NCBI GenBank assembly: GCA_044892525.1
Contig: CM097885.1
Span: 207,762,001-207,826,000, forward strand
Source of the DNA: Schmidtea polychroa
Lineage: Eukaryota
Direction of reading: 5' to 3'
Length of the DNA stretch: 64,000 nt
Below, in pieces: positions 58,216 to 64,000 of this stretch. The position numbers were made by a program, and so were the translations under genes. Within the stretch, counting starts at the first letter, position 1, and the number at the start of each line of letters is the position of its first letter. Below the pieces are notes generated by a model, which had not been told where the DNA came from, made no database searches, and was given only the letters and a program-made list of their open reading frames with translations.

Positions 58216-58926
58216 ATGAAAATCGAGGAAATAATAGAAATTGCGAGCGACGTAGAAGAGGGAGAGATTGAGGCAGAAACAACAAAAACACAAACGTTAA
58301 AGGCCGAGTTACGGGAAGAGAAGTACGAAAACGAGAGACTAGTAAACAAATATATAGAAGACCGAAAAATGATTAAAATACTTAAGAAGGAGTGCGAAGT
58401 GCTAGGAGAAATAAAGAGAGAAGTCGAAGAAAAGAATGAATGGCTGCAAGAACAACGAAAACGAGGAAGAAATTGGGAAAAGATTGCAGAAGAACTATGG
58501 CAAGAGAGGGCAAGCTTCAAGGCAGAAGAAGTAATCCAGGATTATTGGAAAACAGAGGCGAAAGAACGCCAAATAACTATAAATAAATTAAATCAACAAT
58601 TGGAGGAAAAACAACGAGAAAGTGAGGAAATGAAGAAATGGATTCGCAAATACCAAGAGATCGAGAAAAAACAACAACAACAACAACAACAACGAAACCT
58701 TTCGCAGGAAAACGAACAAGATTTCCTACAAATCGAACTAAAAAGGAATCTCGACAAAAAACGGGAAGAAATTAGAAGACTGAAAAAGGAGATAAGGCAC
58801 ATGAAAAGGGAGGTCCGTGAAAAGAACAGACAGTTGGAAATGCTGCCCGAGTTAAGACACAGAGTCATTAAAGCGGAATCCACCTTGATGAGAATCGCCG
58901 AAAATAACCCAAATCAGAACCATTAA
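58216..58926 (+). CDS. Element B accessory coiled-coil protein with poly-Q
   Basis: Intact ORF. The likely start is the ATG at 58216 after a TATAG acceptor (the track starts at 58162). Confidence 0.75.
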   Translation: MKIEEIIEIASDVEEGEIEAETTKTQTLKAELREEKYENERLVNKYIEDRKMIKILKKECEVLGEIKREVEEKNEWLQEQRKRGRNWEKIAEELWQERASFKAEEVIQDYWKTEAKERQITINKLNQQLEEKQRESEEMKKWIRKYQEIEKKQQQQQQQRNLSQENEQDFLQIELKRNLDKKREEIRRLKKEIRHMKREVREKNRQLEMLPELRHRVIKAESTLMRIAENNPNQNH

Positions 58927-58966
58927 ATTAAGGGTCACTAAAACCAATTGTAAATAAACATAATGA

Positions 58967-59626
58967 ATGTATAATAGTATCATGCGAGGCGAGATGATGA
59001 TAACAATGGCGGTATTGATGATTCTGATGGAGAACAAACAATTAAACGCCCAACCGAAAATCGTACGAGATTACCGCAATCGAAATCAAGAACCTAAACA
59101 AGAATCCGGCAAATGCACATACCCTATGACCGTAAAAACCCATATCATCCAAACCATTCAATCAACCCGATCCCACATCAACAACATCCAAACAATGTGT
59201 AAAAAGAATCCCATTTGTAAAATGATAAACAAACAAATCTTCGAACAAAGCCAACAAATCGACCAGTTGGAACAACAAATGCAACAAGAGAATTTTGAAA
59301 ATCTTGTAGAAAAGCCAAAAACACCTCCCGAAATCAATGACACCCATTATCTCACATACGTGGTGATCGCAGAAACCCTCCTCCTATGTCTACCAATACT
59401 CATGATAATTTACGAAGTTAGAAATAGATGTAGAATCTCGACAGCAATAAGAGTAACCTCGAACAGAAATCCTCAAGAAGTGCCGCTGACAAATCTTAAC
59501 CCAACCCCATTCCGACCTCGAATCCCGAGTAACCAACCAATCCAGCCGAATTCTAACAGTCAGACCTATCTCAACATCAATACCCAAACCAACCAACAGC
59601 CGCCAGCAGAAGCATCAAATAGTTAA
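58967..59626 (+). CDS. Element B accessory predicted type I membrane protein
   Basis: N-terminal hydrophobic MMITMAVLMILM, a Cys-containing helical ectodomain, TM YVVIAETLLLCLPILMII, and a P/N/Q-rich tail. Confidence 0.7.
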   Translation: MYNSIMRGEMMITMAVLMILMENKQLNAQPKIVRDYRNRNQEPKQESGKCTYPMTVKTHIIQTIQSTRSHINNIQTMCKKNPICKMINKQIFEQSQQIDQLEQQMQQENFENLVEKPKTPPEINDTHYLTYVVIAETLLLCLPILMIIYEVRNRCRISTAIRVTSNRNPQEVPLTNLNPTPFRPRIPSNQPIQPNSNSQTYLNINTQTNQQPPAEASNS

Positions 59627-59854
59627 CAGTCCATAAACTCTAACTCAAACATTTGTGTTATCATATGTGGAAACTTTTATTGTATATAAAAACTATCACC
59701 TTAAGTGATACTTGCTTGGTCTTGATTTGACCTATATCTTAGAATAAAAATCTTTTTTTTTGTATAATTGTTTCGATATATCCTTTTTATGAATGCATGA
59801 AGTAAGATAACTATGCAATTGCGGGACGCAATTTTGATGGGTCCCCGAGTGATT

Positions 59855-62800
59855 TGTTGGGCTGAGCCGAAAGATAGCTGGGAAATCAGGTTAAATTTAA
59901 CTAAAGAAAAATAAAAAATAAAATAAATAGATCGAGGAATAAAATAGAATAGAACATAAGAAAAGTAATAATTAGAAAATAAGAATTAAAACAAAAAACA
60001 TAAAAATAAGAACAATTAAATAGGACAATAGAATGACGAAAAATAACGTAAAAGGTAGTAGATAATAAGGAAATTAAGGAAAATAAATAAAAACATAATT
60101 TTAATAAAGAAAATAAGAAGAAATAACCCAAAAACAAGGAAAATAAATTAAATGAATAAAATAAGGCGGTACTCAATTCTGATTGGTCCGCATAAACAAA
60201 AAATACCTATATAAGTAAGCAGCAAATTCACTATAATCAATGTTAAAATCAAACCAATTATAGGTACCCGACAATCAGGAAAACCAAACCATACTCAGAC
60301 AACTATTAGGGACAGTTTTATAGACTACTCATTCATATAACCGATTGGATCAGTTTATATTTCGGCTCAGCCTTTGGAACTACAGAATTTTTCAAATAAT
60401 AAAGTAAGGATGTATTGCTATTATGAAATTTGTTTTTGAAGGATTTAAATATTTCTATTATATTAACCTAACTTTTGAATAAAAACTTCTCCATTCGGTT
60501 TCGATCTTTTAACGATTTTATGGTTCATAAATTAATTTACAGGTCAATGATATATAAATATTTATGTTATGTTTTGTCATCAAACGTATTGATTATGCTA
60601 AAATTATTTGTTTTGAGAAACGTGGAGTTGAGGAGACCCACGCCATGGTATGAGGAGCCTTCGGGAGCTCAGCCGGCGGGTGTGGATCTCTTCAATCACG
60701 CAGCTGACGTGGGCCGGAATGTGGGGGCTTCCTCACGGGTCCGTCGCTGAGGGAAATAAAATGCTGCAAGCACGAGTTTAAAGTGTAGAGGAATATATTC
60801 CAATATTGAAAAGTAGAGCAAATCTGAATTGAAAATGACTGAGGTGGCTACAAACTCTTCCAAGTATGAGAATCTCATTTTCTTAGGTACTATACTTTGA
60901 AATTTTCGTCTAACATCATGAATTAGTCTCGATCGACTATTCACTTCCATGATACTCTATCATCTTGCGATAAATCCCCTTTTCGTCAAAATTCATGTCA
61001 ATTTTCATCTTAACTGATAGAACCCAAGAGCTAATACATTCACTCTGATGTTATGCAGTAGTATAGGAAGTATATATGGAAGATCACTGAACGCTTTTAT
61101 TTACTAAAAAGATATTTGGAGGAGTACGTTATTGTTTTTATCAAAAGCGCCTTAACTCTTTCTGAAATCCCCAATAGCCGTAATCTGAAGTCCGTTCAGT
61201 AAAAGACCCTCTGGCCTCATAACACAGTAAACATACAAGGAGAATTTACAAAAGTATTTAATTAAAAAGATAAAATTTCGTAAAAAATTCTTTATTTTCA
61301 TTAAAAAAAAAATATAATTCTGAGTTACCAGTAGTAGGAGCATAATAATCATTTCGGGAAGTTACCCCTGATAGATGTCGCTAAGATGAGGAAGGGCTTG
61401 AGCGAGTTGATAAAATCTCCACCGGACAGGATATTCTGATGTAAAGCGAGAGAGGCAGTATAATAAAAAATTTTTTCCAAATTTTCGTGTTTGCTGAGAA
61501 CTAAACAGTAGATTCATATCGGAGCTGAATGATTAAATTCCAAAAATCGATGTAATCCAAGTTCGGCAGTATAGATAAAATATGAACATGTACAGTGAGA
61601 AGGTATAGTCTGTCTGTAAGTATGCAGTGAATGAGATTGAGCAATCACCTGCAGGTAGAATCACATGTACAATAGCGAACAATTGCATATGGCTTAGTCG
61701 ATGTGATACTCATGCTGCCGGTACGGTAGCAGTGAATTCACAATTTAATCATCGATAATGAGAAAGTCGAATCCCATTGCACACACATGGTGAACACCAA
61801 CTTTTCTGAGAGATCTGAACACTAAGCCAGTTAACGAGGAGGCATGCAACAGATGGTTTGCATCATACGTGTCATACAACTAGAATAGAAATTAGACTAG
61901 TCTAACTTATCAGCAGTGTGATTGATCAAACAGAGCAAAGTCCATTTGACTGTAAAGTTTTTGTAATCGCACGCATTTACAATTAACTCAAATTAGAGTA
62001 TTATAATCACGAATAAACTCAAATCTTTTAATTAATTTATTATCCCGATGTATTGCACCTGTCTGAATTGTTTTGCTGATAGTAAAGTCGAATCTGGTCA
62101 CGCTCATGTATTGACAAGTTTTCTTAATCCGCAATAAAATTATCATGTTGGGCAAAAAGGGGGGGGAGAATTAATTTGTTAACCCGTAAACCTATAATTA
62201 CTTTACGGATGTAATATCAATCAACAGGAAGTTTCGCTAACAGTCATTCCGTTTTCTTCTTGTCGGTCATTTCAACCCATGAATGTAATGTAGGGAATTT
62301 ATGAGCCTTAATAAATAATTACGCTACTCTGATGGATTAGTAGAGCTAGCCAATTTTCGTCTTATCTCTATTATTCTTTCTTCATTATAGCTATCAAAAG
62401 ATGTTGCCAAGCACGAAATCGCCCATCAAACCCTGCTTCTCCTGCTCGGACAAAAATACCGTAATCCGAGAATTACAGGCCCAGATCGGTCGATATAAAA
62501 AGAAGATCGACGATCTGGAAGGTACATGGTTTAGCCCAGTACAAATGAAGGAAGTTCAAAAGAAATTGTACCGCAGTGAGCATTGTCGCGATGCTTTGAT
62601 AAGCGAAAGTAGAGCTCAGCGTAGCCTAATCAAAGAGCAGTCCGAAGCTCTACATAAAGTTTACGTTCAAGCCGCTACAACCCGAAGGATTGTTAGTATT
62701 CCGATTAAAGAAGCGGACAATGTCTTCCCCGTTCACCATGAACCTTCAGTTAGTTCGCCACCCTTGTCGAAAAGATCTTGTCAGGAATGTGTGGAGGCCG

Positions 62801-63715
62801 ACCTCTCCCCCAGGCCATCGGACGTACCTACTACCGGCACTGGCAAGGTATTGCATTCAGCCACGACGTCCTCGGCAATCTTGTCTGCCAACCCCTCAAA
62901 ACCTAAGCGCCGCCAATTGTCCAGAGCGGAGCGTAAGAAGCGCCAACGTGAACGAGCAATGGTCAAACAACGAGAACTATCTGCCAACCACCTAAGTGCT
63001 TCGAATGATCCACCCGTAACGATCGATCTGACCGTAGGAATCCCAGGGCGAATCATATCTGCCGCTGGTGTGACTTGGGAGGAGAATGCCTCCGAGTTTT
63101 TTGATCTAGATGAGCTATTGGCGGATGCGGGGTGGGAGAAGTGATGGCCGCAACACAATGCAACCGTGCAGGGTGCGAATGGACAAATATACTATCTTGA
63201 CTCTTTTTCTTCTTAATCTATTCTCCACCAAGTGTACTTGTTATGTAGTGTATAATTATTTAATGTATCATGATAATAAAATAAAGAAATATTTGGTTAA
63301 ATTTTTGTTGTTGTTTAAATCTAACTAGCTGTGATAAAGGTTCAGCGTAGTGTTCGCAAAGCGAGAGTAAAGTTTGAGTTCGAGAGGCAGTGGTCAATTT
63401 TGTACCGAATAATGGGTCAGGGTAGAGGGAGAATCTGATGAGGTAAACAGACGTAAGTCCTTCCATCGGCCGTCAGAAAAGGGAAGTCGAGGCCTCAGTA
63501 AGGAGTAGTCCTAAGGTAGGGGCTCACCTGCTTACTGGAGTCTCGCCGACATAGCACATTTCCAACGTGAAGCAATTCGCGGGTGCTATGTTGGAGGGCA
63601 AGTTGTGCGGGGTCCTGCTCCGGGTTGACACGGGCGTATGTAGCGTAATGATATGGGCACGCACCCCTAGACAAGGACGTAGATTGAGCAGAGTCAACCA
63701 AGCACTACCCCAGCA
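59855..63715 (+). repeat. Element B 3' LTR (3,861 bp)
   Basis: TGTTGGGCTG...CCCCAGCA followed by TSD CCTC; all internal ORF translations match the 5' LTR apart from one substitution. Confidence 0.97.
62401..63144 (+). CDS. Second copy of the LTR-encoded 247-aa protein
   Basis: Translation identical to 36417-37160. Confidence 0.75.
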   Translation: MLPSTKSPIKPCFSCSDKNTVIRELQAQIGRYKKKIDDLEGTWFSPVQMKEVQKKLYRSEHCRDALISESRAQRSLIKEQSEALHKVYVQAATTRRIVSIPIKEADNVFPVHHEPSVSSPPLSKRSCQECVEADLSPRPSDVPTTGTGKVLHSATTSSAILSANPSKPKRRQLSRAERKKRQRERAMVKQRELSANHLSASNDPPVTIDLTVGIPGRIISAAGVTWEENASEFFDLDELLADAGWEK

Positions 63716-63719
63716 CCTC

Positions 63720-64000
63720 ATAAATACCAAATTTCCAAGCCAGCAGATGCCACCCACAAAAAAATAAAAAATGAGAGAGAACTCCTATCTGTTAGAAGAT
63801 TCCGTTTTATAATAAAACCTAAAGATGAAATACTAAAGATAATAAATGATACACAAAGTATACATAGGCCTACTATGAATAATATTCTTAACCTCTTTAG
63901 TGGTAAAAGCTCGTCAACGTCCAACTTGCTAGGTCTCTCCTTCCAACCTCACATAGAGAATTGTTCCTCTGTCCATACCACTCTTGAAGATATTCGGTTG
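63720..64000 (+). pseudogene. Continuation of the NeSL-like ORF interrupted by element B
   Basis: Removing B and one TSD copy gives ...GNINP-HKYQISKPADATHKKIKNERELLSVRRF..., open to the window end. Confidence 0.75.

Larger units (their letters stand above)
33870..63715 (+). mobile_element. Element B: complete giant (29,846 bp) Ty3/gypsy-type LTR retroelement with env-like gene and accessory genes
   Basis: TG...CA-bounded direct repeats 33870-37731 and 59855-63715; 4-bp TSD CCTC (33866-33869, 63716-63719); PBS after the 5' LTR; PR-RT-RH-INT order; the interrupted flanking ORF rejoins in frame. Confidence 0.97.

Noticed and set aside
41425-59596. Numerous short antisense ORFs opposite the element B genes
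   Set aside because: Expected shadows of long A-rich sense ORFs (S/F/L-rich, no motifs); no evidence of independent coding.
59855-63715. 3.86-kb duplication as an assembly artefact or segmental duplication
   Set aside because: TG...CA ends, PBS after the first copy only, matching CCTC TSD, an in-frame rejoining flank ORF and a few real differences all indicate LTRs.

Overview
AT-rich eukaryotic scaffold with short (~38-57 bp) GT-AG introns, two N gaps and no prokaryotic features. It is almost entirely a nest of transposable elements. The host is probably an invertebrate; a planarian-like flatworm is an inference only. The main feature is a complete ~29.8-kb Ty3/gypsy-type LTR element (element B, 33870-63715). 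It has 3.86-kb nearly identical LTRs, a 4-bp CCTC target-site duplication and a tRNA-Pro PBS. A second, divergent and decaying relative (element A, ~20.6-31.7 kb, tRNA-Trp PBS) lies upstream. After correcting a few stops and indels, each encodes one giant polyprotein in the same unusual order: Gag, ubiquitin-like domains, AT-hook, Bcl-2-like domain, internal signal peptide, chuvirus-like (class III) fusion glycoprotein with TM anchor, protease, RT, RNase H, integrase, [ankyrin modules in B], second signal peptide, FN3-like ectodomain, TM. Element B also carries separate genes: an IAP-type RING protein, a full-length intronless TRAF, three coiled-coil ORFs, a type I membrane protein and an ORF inside the LTR. 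Together this looks like a 'complex', possibly enveloped invertebrate retrovirus-like family carrying apoptosis, NF-kB and ubiquitin modulators. It recalls the giant Burro elements reported from Schmidtea mediterranea, but I cannot verify any relationship. Other content: a conventional gypsy pol fragment, a Penelope GIY-YIG remnant, a full-length but mutated Tigger/pogo transposon, a Transib/Chapaev-like remnant, a BEL/Pao fragment, a Polinton-type protein-primed PolB fragment, a hAT BED-finger fragment, a Ulp1-bearing NeSL-like LINE split by element B, and minus-strand host exons (CAP-Gly and coiled-coil). All domain calls come from motif recognition by eye, not database searches.
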